A stretch of DNA of 64,000 nucleotides from an uncultured cyanobacterium (lineage in GTDB: Bacteria; Cyanobacteriota; Cyanobacteriia; Cyanobacteriales; Cyanobacteriaceae). The notes beneath the pieces are model-generated. The model did not search any database and had not been told where the DNA came from. It saw nothing but the letters and a program-made list of their open reading frames with translations. Location of the stretch: positions 96,001-160,000 of the forward strand of contig CAVVOP010000020.1 in assembly GCA_963749915.1 (NCBI GenBank). Reading direction: 5' to 3'. Both the position numbers and the translations under genes were made by a program. Of this stretch, positions 25,687 through 36,173 are shown one piece after another; position 1 is the first letter of the stretch, and each line of letters begins with the position of its first letter.

Positions 25687-26469
25687 TTATTTAATCGGTC
25701 CTTCAACACTGGCACTAAAAAATTGTCTAATTAAAGGATTGTCGGTAGTGTCAATTTCGTTAACATGACCATCCCATTGAAAATTGCCATTGTAAAGGAA
25801 TACTAATCGATTGCCCGTCCTGCGAATAGTACTATTTTGATGAGTTACTATCACGTAAGTACTACACGAGTCATCTACACTATGTAAATGGCGGACTAAA
25901 TCCTCTACCACCGTTGAGGCAATGGGATCTAATCCAGCAGTGGGTTCATCATACAAGACCACTTCGGGTCGTTCATGGGGTTTCTCAGGATTAAAAACTA
26001 TAGCCCTAGCAAAACTGACTCTTTTGCGCATCCCCCCTGATAATTCTGCGGGATAAAGATCCGCAGTTTCTGGGGGTAAACCCACCATTTCTAGGGTATG
26101 ACCGACAACTTGCCTGATTTTATCGCCAGAGAGTTCAGAATGTTGATATAAAGAAAAACCAATATTTTCCCTTACCGTTAAAGAGTCAAATAAGGCAGCC
26201 TGTTGAAACACCATACTGATGCCTAAAAAATCTTGATGATCTTCAATGAGTCCAACTCTTTTTTCCCCTTTGATGTAGATATCTCCTTCATCTGGTTCTG
26301 TTAAACCTGCTATTATTCTCAAAATAGTGGATTTACCGGTACCACTAGGACCAATAATTACTAAAGCGTCACCTTTGTAAATTTTTAAGTCTGCCTTATC
26401 TAAAATCACTTTATTACCGAAGGATTTAGATACACCCTTTAATTCTATTATCGGTTCTGGAATATTCAT
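25687..26469 (-). CDS. ABC transporter ATP-binding protein (MlaF/TGD3-like)
   Basis: GPSGTGKST, FQQAALFDSL, ELSGGMRKRV and YDEPTAGLDP. Confidence 0.88.
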   Translation of the reverse strand: MNIPEPIIELKGVSKSFGNKVILDKADLKIYKGDALVIIGPSGTGKSTILRIIAGLTEPDEGDIYIKGEKRVGLIEDHQDFLGISMVFQQAALFDSLTVRENIGFSLYQHSELSGDKIRQVVGHTLEMVGLPPETADLYPAELSGGMRKRVSFARAIVFNPEKPHERPEVVLYDEPTAGLDPIASTVVEDLVRHLHSVDDSCSTYVIVTHQNSTIRRTGNRLVFLYNGNFQWDGHVNEIDTTDNPLIRQFFSASVEGPIK

Positions 26470-26634
26470 CAGATCATTTTTACTCAGGGAAAGAGCCTTT
26501 AATAGACTTAATCGAAAATAAATTTAGATACTATATATAGCAATCCTAAATGATTCGTAATAAATCGATTATTAGAAAAAAATATCGCAGATACCATCAC
26601 TATTAATAATATGTTTTTTTATAACCAATAAGGT

Positions 26635-27126
26635 CTAATTATTGCAATTTTCTTCTATTTCACTATAAATTTTTTTCCACACTTTAAGTTGTTTTTCATT
26701 TTTAGAGTCAATGGATTTTACTTGGTTATTATCAGCATAAAAAATTTCGTTAGTTTTAGCTGTTATTCCCGCCTTTGAACATTCTCTGATTTCTTTAAAT
26801 GCCATCGGTTCATCGGGGTCGTTTTCTGTAACTTTATTAATTTCTTTTTCTTGTTTCTTTTCGGCAACTTCTGGAGTAGATTCTTTCTCGGATTTCGATT
26901 CTAATCTTTTTACCACTGATGATGTTTCTGTTTTATTCCCTGTTCGTAATTCTGTGCTGTCATTTTCTGCCGATGCACTTTTTTCTTTGTCATAATCAGA
27001 GTTCACCTCTGCATTTATTTTCAGATTTAAACCTTCCAAGGTTTGACGATCGCACCCTACCGTTAAGGTACTAATGATTAATAACATCGAAACAATGATC
27101 TTCATGGATTTTATGCTCACAACCAT
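26635..27126 (-). CDS. Hypothetical lipoprotein
   Basis: 163-aa ORF; signal peptide with lipobox-like LTVGC; charged low-complexity middle. Confidence 0.65.
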   Translation of the reverse strand: MVVSIKSMKIIVSMLLIISTLTVGCDRQTLEGLNLKINAEVNSDYDKEKSASAENDSTELRTGNKTETSSVVKRLESKSEKESTPEVAEKKQEKEINKVTENDPDEPMAFKEIRECSKAGITAKTNEIFYADNNQVKSIDSKNEKQLKVWKKIYSEIEENCNN

Positions 27127-27165
27127 TTAATTTATTAGTCTAAATATTATATAACATATTTATAT

Positions 27166-27318
27166 TAGACCTCTTGCAAAAGTTAAAAAATCTGGCCGTC
27201 AGAGGAGTCGGGAGTTAGGAGTCAGTCGTCAGAAAGGCTTGGATAATCCAAAATCCAAAATCCAAAATCCAAAATCCAAAATTACTTAACCAAGAAATCT
27301 ATTTTTGCAAGAGGTCTA
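27166..27318. mobile_element. MITE (153 bp) with perfect 16-bp terminal inverted repeats and internal heptamer repeats
   Basis: TAGACCTCTTGCAAAA (27166-27181) and TTTTGCAAGAGGTCTA (27303-27318); internal (AATCCAA)x5 and GGAGT-type repeats; non-coding. Confidence 0.8.
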
Positions 27319-27474
27319 TTGATTCCCCTTAATGTTCATTAATTTTTTCTATTTTTTCTCGAAAATTACATGAAAATAAAAGAGTAGATTAAAAGAATAA
27401 CGGTACCTATAAACAAAATATGATTCATCCAATCATCAAAAGTCCAATTTTTAAACATTGATTTTACTCCTGAT

Positions 27475-30400
27475 TTATTCATTTTGGGTAGATGTTTTTA
27501 GACTAGCAAGAGTCTCCTCTTCCACAATTTGGTCTTTTCGTGGTTCTGACTTACCAGATTTACTGCTCCCTTTAGGGGGTTTTCCTCCTTCAAGAAAATA
27601 CTGTTCAAAGCTCTTAATCACAATATAAAGGTTGGGGACAAACAGCAAACTCAAAACAGTAGAGATGAGCAGTCCACCGAAAACGGCAGTTCCCAAAGAC
27701 CAACGACCAAGTGCACCAGCACCCGAGGCAACCACCAAAGGGAGGAACCCGAACAGGGAAGAAAAGGTCGTCATGAGAATCGGGCGCAAACGCTCTTCCC
27801 CAGCTCTAATAGCTGATTGAGTGATACTCAAACCCAAAGCCCGAGACTGATTCGCAAATTCTACAATCAGAATGGCGTTCTTACTTGCCATGCCAATGAG
27901 CATGACTAAACCTACCTGAACATAAATATTATTATTGAGAATTGGCCAAATCCCTGCCCCTGGATTGAAAGGCAAACCTTGCCACACAGAGCGGAGCCAA
28001 ATTCCGGCTAAAGCACCCAAAATAGCGAGAGGTACGGTGAGCATAATAATGGTGGGGTCAATGTAGCTTTCGTACTGAGCGGCTAAGACTAAGAACACCA
28101 TTACAAAGCCCAGACCAAAGATGATAGGTGCAGCTCCCCCAGCAGATTTTTCCTCTGCTGCGGTGTTTGTCCAGTCATAGCCAAAGCCTGGTTGGAGAGT
28201 TTGTGCTGCTACTTCCTCCATGGCGGCAATTACCTGTCCCGAACTATAACCTGGGGCAGGACCAACATTTATTTTAATTGAGGGAAAAACATTATAGTTA
28301 GTTACAATGGGAGGATAGGAAATAGGTTCCGCGGCCACGAGGTTACTGAGTTGAACCAATGCTCCATCCCGAGAACGGACGTAGAGTTTCGTGATATCTG
28401 TGGGGTTTGCCCGGGAAGTTTTTTCTGCCTGAGCATAAACCCGATACAGGCGACCATCGAGCACGAACTGGTTGACATAGTTGGAACCTAGATAGGTCTG
28501 TAAAGTGGTCATAATTTCGTTAATGTCAACATTCTGTGCCTTGGCTTTATCCCGATCAATATCGGCCTCTAGCATTGGGCTATCGAAGGTAAAAGTACTA
28601 AAGGCAGCAGCGATTTCTGGACGCTTATTGGCGGCTTGGAGCATCCGTTGGGTATTATCGATCAATGCCTCCATGCCTTTTAACTGGCGGTCTTGAATAA
28701 AGATCTCCGAACCACTAAAATTACTCAAACCATCCACAGCAGGGGCATTAACTGCCAGCACTTTGGCTCCATCAATTTTTTCCTGAAATACCTTGTTTAA
28801 CCGATTCATGACACCATAAACAGAATGTTGCGCACCAGGTCGCTCATCCCAAGGTTTTAATTTGATGAAAACAATTGCTTTATTACTGTTCTGACCATCA
28901 AAAGAAAAACCATTTAATACCAAGGCATGTTCGACTTCCTCGAACTTCATCACTTCTGGCAGAACCTGTTGGCTAATTTTGTTAGTGTAGTTGAGAGAAA
29001 CTCCAGCAGGTGCTTCTACAATGCCAAAAAAGTAGCCTTGGTCTTCGTCGGGAATAAATCCTTGAGGTACGATCTGGTACATCCAGCCCGTTGCTACCAA
29101 ACCAGCAATAAATACGGCAACCACAATAAGTTTGAAATGAGTAAGTAATTCCAGCAACCGTCGATATTGTACCGTAACCCAAGCAAAGCCACGGTTGAAT
29201 AGGTTGAAAAACATACCCAGAGGACCTTTGACTTCTTCCTGGGGTTTCATTAAGATCGCTGACATGGTTGGCGAGAAGGAGAGAGCGTTAAAGGTAGAAA
29301 ATGCCACCGCCGCAGCCATAATCAGGGCAAATTGTTTATAAACAACCCCTGTAGTACCAGGGAAGAAGGAGACGGGAACAAAAACTGCAATTAATACTAA
29401 AGAAGTAGCTACCACCGCTCCAGATAATTCCTCCATGGAATCGAGGGCTGCTTGCATTGGCCTCATGCCTTGGGATAACTTAGTTGATACCCCTTCTACT
29501 ACCACAATCCCATCATCTACTACCAGCCCCGTTGCTAGAATTAAGGAGAACAAGCTCATATTGTTGAGAGTGAAGCCCAACGCTAAGGCAGCAATCAATG
29601 CCCCCAGCATGGCTACCGGAATAGCGATCGCGGGAATTAGCGTAGTACGCCAGTCTTGCAAAAAGACGAAGATGACCAGCACTACCAGTGCGATCGCTTG
29701 TATTAGGGTAACAGTCAAATCTGCCAGGGAGGCATTGACAAACAAGGTATTGTCTAAAACCACTGTCTGTTTTAAACCGGGAGGAAAAGATGGCTCTAGC
29801 TCTGCTATTTTAGCTTTGACAGCATTAGCTGTGTCCAGTGCATTAGTGCCAGGAAGTTGATAGATTAACAGAGTTACACCAGGAAGATTGTTGTCAACAT
29901 AGGAGCTAGTATTGTAATTTTCTACCCCCAATTCTGCTCTACCAATATCTCTAACTCTGATCAGGTCGCCATTTTCACCTACTTTCACTACCAGATTTTC
30001 TGCTTCTTCGGCAGTTACGAAGCGACCTTGGACTTTGAGGGGAAACTCAAAAGTTTGCTCAGAGAGAGCAGGTTCTTTGCCCACAGCTCCAGTTCCAACA
30101 TCAAAATTCTGCTCACTAATGGTGTTAACTACGTCCGATGCGGTCAAGCCTCTGGCAGCGAGCTTATCGGGATCGACCCAAATCCGCATCGCATACTTAG
30201 CACTTCCAAAAAGGCTTAGACTACCAACCCCTTTAATCCGTCTGAGATCATTCCAAACATAGCGGTCAATGTAGTTGTTGATAAAAATAGTATCATAGGG
30301 GTAGTTACCGTTGGCATCCTTTTCTGCATAGAAAGCATAGGCTAAGGTAACACTAGGGGATTGTTTCTGGGTTTTCAAGCCTGTAGCAAGCACTGCTTGA

Positions 30401-30768
30401 GGAAGTTCGGCTTGGGCTTGGGCGACCCGGTTTTGCACCAGGACCTGAGCCATGTTGCTATCATTTTCTACGGGAAAGCTGACGTTAATAGTCGCGTTAC
30501 CAGTGTTGTCGGTGTAAGAACTAATCCATTTCGCATCCTCCACCCCGTTGATTTCCCTCTCTAACACGGTGGTTACGTTGTCAATGGTAGTTTTGGCATC
30601 AGCACCAACGTAGTTGGCTGTTACAGCCACCTGCTTGGGGGCAATCTGTGGTAATTTATCCAAGGGAAGCAGTGCCATGGCAATCGTTCCCACCAGAATA
30701 ATGAGAACAGTACAGACCGTAGTTAAAACTGGTCTTTTAATAAAGGGAGTAGCAATGGAAAATAACAT
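27475..30768 (-). CDS. RND efflux permease (HAE1/AcrB family)
   Basis: FIKRPV, AMRIWVDP, GLVVDDGIVVVE, KNAILIVEFA and RLRPILMT. Confidence 0.95.
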   Translation of the reverse strand: MLFSIATPFIKRPVLTTVCTVLIILVGTIAMALLPLDKLPQIAPKQVAVTANYVGADAKTTIDNVTTVLEREINGVEDAKWISSYTDNTGNATINVSFPVENDSNMAQVLVQNRVAQAQAELPQAVLATGLKTQKQSPSVTLAYAFYAEKDANGNYPYDTIFINNYIDRYVWNDLRRIKGVGSLSLFGSAKYAMRIWVDPDKLAARGLTASDVVNTISEQNFDVGTGAVGKEPALSEQTFEFPLKVQGRFVTAEEAENLVVKVGENGDLIRVRDIGRAELGVENYNTSSYVDNNLPGVTLLIYQLPGTNALDTANAVKAKIAELEPSFPPGLKQTVVLDNTLFVNASLADLTVTLIQAIALVVLVIFVFLQDWRTTLIPAIAIPVAMLGALIAALALGFTLNNMSLFSLILATGLVVDDGIVVVEGVSTKLSQGMRPMQAALDSMEELSGAVVATSLVLIAVFVPVSFFPGTTGVVYKQFALIMAAAVAFSTFNALSFSPTMSAILMKPQEEVKGPLGMFFNLFNRGFAWVTVQYRRLLELLTHFKLIVVAVFIAGLVATGWMYQIVPQGFIPDEDQGYFFGIVEAPAGVSLNYTNKISQQVLPEVMKFEEVEHALVLNGFSFDGQNSNKAIVFIKLKPWDERPGAQHSVYGVMNRLNKVFQEKIDGAKVLAVNAPAVDGLSNFSGSEIFIQDRQLKGMEALIDNTQRMLQAANKRPEIAAAFSTFTFDSPMLEADIDRDKAKAQNVDINEIMTTLQTYLGSNYVNQFVLDGRLYRVYAQAEKTSRANPTDITKLYVRSRDGALVQLSNLVAAEPISYPPIVTNYNVFPSIKINVGPAPGYSSGQVIAAMEEVAAQTLQPGFGYDWTNTAAEEKSAGGAAPIIFGLGFVMVFLVLAAQYESYIDPTIIMLTVPLAILGALAGIWLRSVWQGLPFNPGAGIWPILNNNIYVQVGLVMLIGMASKNAILIVEFANQSRALGLSITQSAIRAGEERLRPILMTTFSSLFGFLPLVVASGAGALGRWSLGTAVFGGLLISTVLSLLFVPNLYIVIKSFEQYFLEGGKPPKGSSKSGKSEPRKDQIVEEETLASLKTSTQNE

Positions 30769-30780
30769 AGAATATATTTT

Positions 30781-32139
30781 TTATTTGCTGATAGTTTGTT
30801 CACTTTTAATCGATTCTTCGGTAATCGAAGTTCCATCTTTTAAGTCAAGAATTCTGGTTACAGCTATTTTGTCCCCTTGTTCTAGACCAGAAATAACTTG
30901 ATAACTTTGACCTTGGATAGTTCCTAACTCTATCGGGGTTTGTTTAGCTAATAATTCTTTCTTTCCTTCTGGAGTTTCTTCTTGTTTAGCCACAAAGACA
31001 AATTTTTGTCCTCCCACGGTAGAAACAGCGGTAGTAGGTACTAGCAAACCTGGTCTTGTCTCCCAAATAACTCTCACACGGACATACTGTCTATCTCTAA
31101 GACTATCGTCATTGGGAAAAGTGATTTTGGTCACGATAGATTGGGTATTTGGGTTAACTAAAGGAGCAATATAGCTAACAGCACCTCTAATGCCAGGGCT
31201 ACCATCTTCAGTAACTATCTCAACTGGCAATCCTAGTTTAAGGCGAGATCTTTCTTCGGTGGGAATATTAATATTAAGATTAAAGACCTGATTATTGGTA
31301 ATCGTGGTTATTACTTCACCAAGATTAATCACATCTCCTACTTTTCTTTCATTAAAATCACCTACTGTTCCAGTGATGGGAGCGTTAATGGTATTAAAGG
31401 CAAGATTCTGACTAATGGAACCTAATTGTGCTTCTGCTCTGGATATAGAAGCTTTTTGACTCTCAACATTAGCTTGGGCTTGTTCAATTCGCTTTTCCGC
31501 TGCTTGGAGAGATTTGATACTGGCATTAAGAGCTTCTTTTCTGGCGTCAAGACGAGCAATTTGGGTATCAAGGTCGCGGGTTTTGTCATCTAAGTCTTGT
31601 TGGGGTAAGGCACCACCTTCCACAAGAAATTTAGACCGCTCGATGTTGATTTTAGCAAGTTTTAATTGAGCTTCTTGATCTTGGATATCGGCCTTGGTTC
31701 TTTCAACCTCTGCGGCACTTCTAGCCTGATCTGCCTCTGCTTCTTTCAGTTGAGCTTGAACTTGACCTAGTCCAGCTCTTTCTACATTGACATTTTCTGT
31801 GGCGGCATTGACATCTTCTTGTTCTTGAGTTGGTTCTAATTCAACAATAGGATCCCCTTGGACAACGCGATCGCCTTCCTGAACAAAAATCCTGAGAATA
31901 CGTCCCTGAATTCTTGGTGCTAAATTAACTCTTTGTTTAGCTTCAAGGGTCCCAACGTATTGACTACTATCAATGAGAGTAGTCCTTTCTAATGCTTGTA
32001 ATTTTACTGGCACAGCTTTAGGTCCAGTGGCTTGAGAGTCTGGTTCTCCACTGCCACAACCAGAGAGGAGAACAGGTAGTATGAACACCGCTCCCAGTAT
32101 TTTCTGGGTAAAAGTATTTTTAGGTTTAGGTTTAATCAT
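30781..32139 (-). CDS. RND efflux periplasmic adaptor (lipoprotein MFP)
   Basis: Lipobox LSGC, PRIQGRI...V.EGD, INAPITG; 12 bp upstream of the permease. Confidence 0.92.
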   Translation of the reverse strand: MIKPKPKNTFTQKILGAVFILPVLLSGCGSGEPDSQATGPKAVPVKLQALERTTLIDSSQYVGTLEAKQRVNLAPRIQGRILRIFVQEGDRVVQGDPIVELEPTQEQEDVNAATENVNVERAGLGQVQAQLKEAEADQARSAAEVERTKADIQDQEAQLKLAKINIERSKFLVEGGALPQQDLDDKTRDLDTQIARLDARKEALNASIKSLQAAEKRIEQAQANVESQKASISRAEAQLGSISQNLAFNTINAPITGTVGDFNERKVGDVINLGEVITTITNNQVFNLNINIPTEERSRLKLGLPVEIVTEDGSPGIRGAVSYIAPLVNPNTQSIVTKITFPNDDSLRDRQYVRVRVIWETRPGLLVPTTAVSTVGGQKFVFVAKQEETPEGKKELLAKQTPIELGTIQGQSYQVISGLEQGDKIAVTRILDLKDGTSITEESIKSEQTISK

Positions 32140-32355
32140 AGATTTTATCTGTACTAATAGACTTTTGGAAAAATAGCGGTTAAAAATAGCTAAAATTTTT
32201 AACTTGTAAAGACTCCAGCAATTATTGAGTGTGGAGGAATCGAATTGCCCACTTTATTTTACGTTTCAGAGATTTTTTTCTTTATTTTATTACCCACCGA
32301 CTTTACGAGTATAGTCCATATTGGCTGAAAAATTCAAATGTCGAGTAAAAACGTC

Positions 32356-32388
32356 ATTCTAAATTCTAAATTCTAAATTCTAAATTCT
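32356..32388 (+). repeat. Heptamer tandem repeat (AAATTCT)n, STRR-like
   Basis: About 4.7 tandem copies; the same unit recurs at 42727-42759. Confidence 0.85.
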
Positions 32389-32474
32389 TCAATATTTGAT
32401 TTTCCCTAAGGTTATAATCATTTAAAGGAGTAAATTTTTCTCAACAACATTTATATCGGAGGTAATTAATTTAT

Positions 32475-32765
32475 ATGTCAACTCAAGTAATTGATAAGCC
32501 TACAACTAAATCTGATACTAAACGTAAACACGATTCGGGTTATCGAGTATTGTTACATAATGATAGTTTTAACACTATGGAATATGTGGTACAAGCATTA
32601 ATGGAAACCGTCGGCATCAATGAGCCTCAAGCGGTTAGTATCATGATGGAAACTCATACCAACGGTATTGGTTTAGTCACTACCTGCGCCTTGGAACACG
32701 CAGAGTTTTATTGCGAAAGCCTTAAAAGTAAGGGTTTGACTAGCACTATTGAACCAGCAGAATAG
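32475..32765 (+). CDS. clpS: ATP-dependent Clp protease adaptor
   Basis: YRVLLHNDSFNTMEYVV...IMMETHTNG...CALEHAEFYCE; GGAGG RBS. Confidence 0.95.
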   Translation: MSTQVIDKPTTKSDTKRKHDSGYRVLLHNDSFNTMEYVVQALMETVGINEPQAVSIMMETHTNGIGLVTTCALEHAEFYCESLKSKGLTSTIEPAE

Positions 32766-32815
32766 CAATTACCAATTAACCATTAAAATATCAACTATTC
32801 GCTATTGTAATAATC

Positions 32816-33634
32816 TTGGTTTTTGAACATATTAAAAATTATCCTTTGTTGGCAAGGTTGGGATTATTTATCTTGACCTTACTTTTTGTTTGGCTACCTT
32901 TTGCTATTCCTATTTACTATTTTCTCGGTGAAAAAGATCCTAATTTAACCACTATTATTACCATGGCAATTTTATTTGTCATCTTTTTATTTTTGGCTAA
33001 ATTTTGGGGTAAATATGTTTATGCCGATAACAATATTTTTTCCTATTATGGTCTAGTAAATAGCAGAAAGAACTGGCAGTATTTAATTAAGGGTTTAGCC
33101 ATCGGTTTTACCTTAACTTGGCTATTATTTGCTGTGGAAGCCTTGTTCGGTTGGTTAAATTTTCAGCCTCCTACTATGATATTTCCTCAGTTAATTTTAG
33201 AAGGTTTTGTCAGTGCCATGGCCATCGGATTTGCCGAGGAATTATTTTTTCGAGGTTGGTTCTTATCGGAGTTGGAAAGAGACTTTTCTTTATCTATTTC
33301 TGCGATCTTAAACGCCTTAATTTTTGCTGTTTCTCATTTCATAAGACCTCTTTCTGAAGTTATTAGAACTATAGTAACTTTCCCCGCTTTATTGTTATTA
33401 GGATATACTCTTTTATCGGTAAAGCGATCTCACCAAAATTTGTTAGGTATGAGTATCGGTCTTCACAGTGGTTTAGTTTGGGGCTATTATGTCATTAATG
33501 TAGGGGAAATGATAACTTATACTGAAAAAGTGCCCCAGTGGATTACGGGGATCGACAAAAACCCCATCGCTGGAATAATGGGGCTAGGTTTTCTCTCCAT
33601 TTTATTGTTTTTAAGTAACTGCCGAGACCGTTAA
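32816..33634 (+). CDS. CPBP/CAAX-family intramembrane metalloprotease
   Basis: Multiple TM helices with EELFFRG, FAVSH and IGLHSG motifs. Confidence 0.88.
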   Translation: MVFEHIKNYPLLARLGLFILTLLFVWLPFAIPIYYFLGEKDPNLTTIITMAILFVIFLFLAKFWGKYVYADNNIFSYYGLVNSRKNWQYLIKGLAIGFTLTWLLFAVEALFGWLNFQPPTMIFPQLILEGFVSAMAIGFAEELFFRGWFLSELERDFSLSISAILNALIFAVSHFIRPLSEVIRTIVTFPALLLLGYTLLSVKRSHQNLLGMSIGLHSGLVWGYYVINVGEMITYTEKVPQWITGIDKNPIAGIMGLGFLSILLFLSNCRDR

Positions 33635-33669
33635 ATTTACAGTGAGGCTAGCCCAATTTTGCGACCAAG

Positions 33670-33702
33670 AAAAAAAGGCCAACCAAAATTAATTGATTAG
33701 CC
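33670..33702 (-). terminator. Intrinsic terminator of the ycf46 operon
   Basis: Minus strand GGCTAATCAA-loop-TTGGTTGGCC followed by T7. Confidence 0.7.
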
Positions 33703-33740
33703 CTAAAAATTGGGAACGCACTTTCAGAAAATAGATTCCA

Positions 33741-34091
33741 TTACTTGAGAACTAACTTGACGTTAGCGTTTTGTAACCCACGTTGCTTAACTTCGCCCAA
33801 AGTTTTATTAACCGCATATTTTTGATTAATGGAGTTAATTAACTCAGTTTGATTATGTTTTTTAGCAACGCCCCAGAGATCCGCGATCAAGTCAAAGCTA
33901 CCGTCTGTATTGCGAGACCAACCGAGATCGTATTCTCCTTCTAAAACAGCTACTATATCAGCACGAAGACGTTGACCATTATAGCCACGAACATCAGCAT
34001 CAGTTTTGACACTAATACCGAGATCACGCAAGGAACCAGTTAAAATTTCCGCAGAAGTGATTTTGGTGCGTAAGGTACTGAAATGAGACAT
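33741..34091 (-). CDS. DUF1257 (Ycf35/Slr0376-like) protein
   Basis: MSHFSTLRTKI...VRGYNGQ...DLIADLW...INQKYA; directly downstream of ycf46. Confidence 0.88.
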   Translation of the reverse strand: MSHFSTLRTKITSAEILTGSLRDLGISVKTDADVRGYNGQRLRADIVAVLEGEYDLGWSRNTDGSFDLIADLWGVAKKHNQTELINSINQKYAVNKTLGEVKQRGLQNANVKLVLK

Positions 34092-34209
34092 TGGTATTTC
34101 CTCCTAAGAGATTAAAGACAACTTTTTGATTTTAAGATGCACATAAAGTGCTTTTCATTCAACTGTTAGCCCTTAAGCTAACCTTTCTCCAAAAATGAGA
34201 GAAAGACTG

Positions 34210-35730
34210 TTAAAACGACCTGCGTTGATATTCCTCAACGGAGGCTGACCCAGGTCTAGCTCGTTGTCGAGCCCAGTCTCGTAGCGCTGTGACCTGTTCT
34301 GTCATCGTACGGGACAGAGGTAGTGTCGATTTGACGGCAGCAATGATGTCCAACTGTGTAAACTCTCGCCCTTGGGCAAAAGCCTCGTACATAGCGGCAA
34401 CAATGGCCTGTTCAATCTCTGCCCCGGAAAAACCTTCTGAGACCTTGGCTAATTGTTCTAAGTCAAAACGACCGATATCGGAACGACGTTTGCCAAGATG
34501 AATATTGAAAATCGCTTCTCGCTCTTGCCCACTGGGCAAATCCACAAAAAAGATCTCATCAAAACGACCTTTTCGCAAAAACTCCCCTGGTAATTTTTCT
34601 AAACGGTTAGCGGTCGCCATCACAAACACAGGAGAATTTTTTTCTTGCATCCATGTCAGGAATGAACCGAAAATTCGACTAGATGTCCCACCATCAGAAT
34701 CACTGGAACCAGCACCACCGGCAAAAGCCTTGTCTAATTCATCGATGAATAATATTGCCGGAGAAATGGATTCCGCCGTTTTCAAAGCACTGCGCAGATT
34801 TGCTTCCGATTTCCCTACCGTTGAGCCGTCATAGACTCTACCCATATCCAACCGTAGTAAGGGCAATCCCCATAACTTGGAGGTCGTCTTCGCAATTAAA
34901 GACTTTCCACAACCGGGAACCCCTAAAATTAGCATTCCTTTGGGTTGGGGTAAGCCATAGGCTCTGGCTTTTTCCGTGAAGGCTTCCGAACGTTGGGTTA
35001 ACCAGTGTTTTAGCTCTTCTAAACCCCCTACTGCATTGATAGTTTCGTCTTCTTCAATATAATCAAGGATGCCATTACGCCGAATTAGTTGTTTTTTCTC
35101 AGAAAGGACGATTTCAACTTCATTTTCTGTTAATTGTCCCCCTTTGATCTGAGCTTTACGATAAACTTTTTCCGCTTCATCGATAGTTAAACCAAGGGCG
35201 GCCCTGCGCAATTTCTCTTTGACTTGCGGTTGAAGTTGCTTGCTTTTAGTTTTCTTTAATGCCCTTTCCAATACCTGATCTAGCTCATGGGCCTGAGGCA
35301 GAGGAAAGTCCAACACCACTAAATCTTTTTCTAGTTCTAAAGGTGTTTGCTGATAGGGTGACATCAAGACAATTATTTTATCTGTTCCCTTAAAACTAGC
35401 AATGGCATCTCTCAACCATCTTGTTACCGGGGGCGATTCTAAATAAGGATGTAAGTCTTTGAAGATGTAAATCCCCGCCTCTTTTTGTCTGACAACCCAC
35501 TCAATGGCCGCTTCGGGGGAAACCGTGTTGTGTTGTACAGAGGTCGAATTTTGTTGACTGCATTCAACGATTCCACGGGTTACTGTCCACACAAATAGCC
35601 GACGAGATCCCTGATTAGGTAATTCATTCAATATAGTCCCAATGGCTTCCTCTGCACGTTCTTCTTCCGAAGTCACTAGGTAAATCAAGGGATATTGAGC
35701 TTTGATAAGAATGTTTAACTCTTCTTTCAT
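34210..35730 (-). CDS. ycf46: Ycf46-family AAA+ ATPase (Slr0374-like)
   Basis: Start MKEELNILIKAQYP (35730); GVPGCGKS, LFIDELDK and LRKGRFDEIFFVDLP. Confidence 0.9.
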   Translation of the reverse strand: MKEELNILIKAQYPLIYLVTSEEERAEEAIGTILNELPNQGSRRLFVWTVTRGIVECSQQNSTSVQHNTVSPEAAIEWVVRQKEAGIYIFKDLHPYLESPPVTRWLRDAIASFKGTDKIIVLMSPYQQTPLELEKDLVVLDFPLPQAHELDQVLERALKKTKSKQLQPQVKEKLRRAALGLTIDEAEKVYRKAQIKGGQLTENEVEIVLSEKKQLIRRNGILDYIEEDETINAVGGLEELKHWLTQRSEAFTEKARAYGLPQPKGMLILGVPGCGKSLIAKTTSKLWGLPLLRLDMGRVYDGSTVGKSEANLRSALKTAESISPAILFIDELDKAFAGGAGSSDSDGGTSSRIFGSFLTWMQEKNSPVFVMATANRLEKLPGEFLRKGRFDEIFFVDLPSGQEREAIFNIHLGKRRSDIGRFDLEQLAKVSEGFSGAEIEQAIVAAMYEAFAQGREFTQLDIIAAVKSTLPLSRTMTEQVTALRDWARQRARPGSASVEEYQRRSF

Positions 35731-35789
35731 GGGATCGACCTCTATTTTGCTTAGGCAGTTACTGTAATCGCTAACATGACTGTCACCAT

Positions 35790-36134
35790 TTAGCAAGGGA
35801 TTAACTCTTCTTGTCCTTGAGTCCCTGCAATGATCTCTGTTTTTTCACCGATCAGGGGAAACTCTTCATCAACGATACTGGGTTGATTTTTGAGAGAAAT
35901 CATCTCCCCGTCACGCATCACCATTGCGGCACTACATTCGGGGCAAACGTGGACTTGATGAGTTTTTCCGTAACTCGCTTCTAATTCCTCTACCACTTCG
36001 GGATGTTTCAAGTAGAAGCTGAGGGCTCTTTCGACAAGTGCTGACATAGAATCAGTATCGATGGCCGCTTTTACTTTCAACTGACGATGCAGTGTTGGTG
36101 GAAGATAAAGAGTAACTTTTTGCTTTTCTTGCAT
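35790..36134 (-). CDS. Ribbon-helix-helix protein with CxxC (Slr0373-like)
   Basis: KQKVTLYLPP.LHRQLKVKAA (RHH) and VHVCPEC; first gene of the ycf46 operon. Confidence 0.75.
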   Translation of the reverse strand: MQEKQKVTLYLPPTLHRQLKVKAAIDTDSMSALVERALSFYLKHPEVVEELEASYGKTHQVHVCPECSAAMVMRDGEMISLKNQPSIVDEEFPLIGEKTEIIAGTQGQEELIPC

Positions 36135-36173
36135 ATTCGCTGTTATTTGATATGCCCGGGTGCGATATTGATT

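Noticed and set aside
26536..26558. TATAGCAATCCTAAATGATTCGT resembling a cyanobacterial MITE terminus
   Set aside because: No matching inverted partner was found nearby, so it cannot be supported as an element.
27245..27283. Tandem heptamers here and at 32356 and 42727 as a possible CRISPR array
   Set aside because: The units are 7 bp with no spacers and there are no cas genes; they are STRR-like repeats.
14592..32139. Two RND pumps without an adjacent tolC
   Set aside because: Cyanobacteria typically share one TolC-like protein encoded elsewhere.
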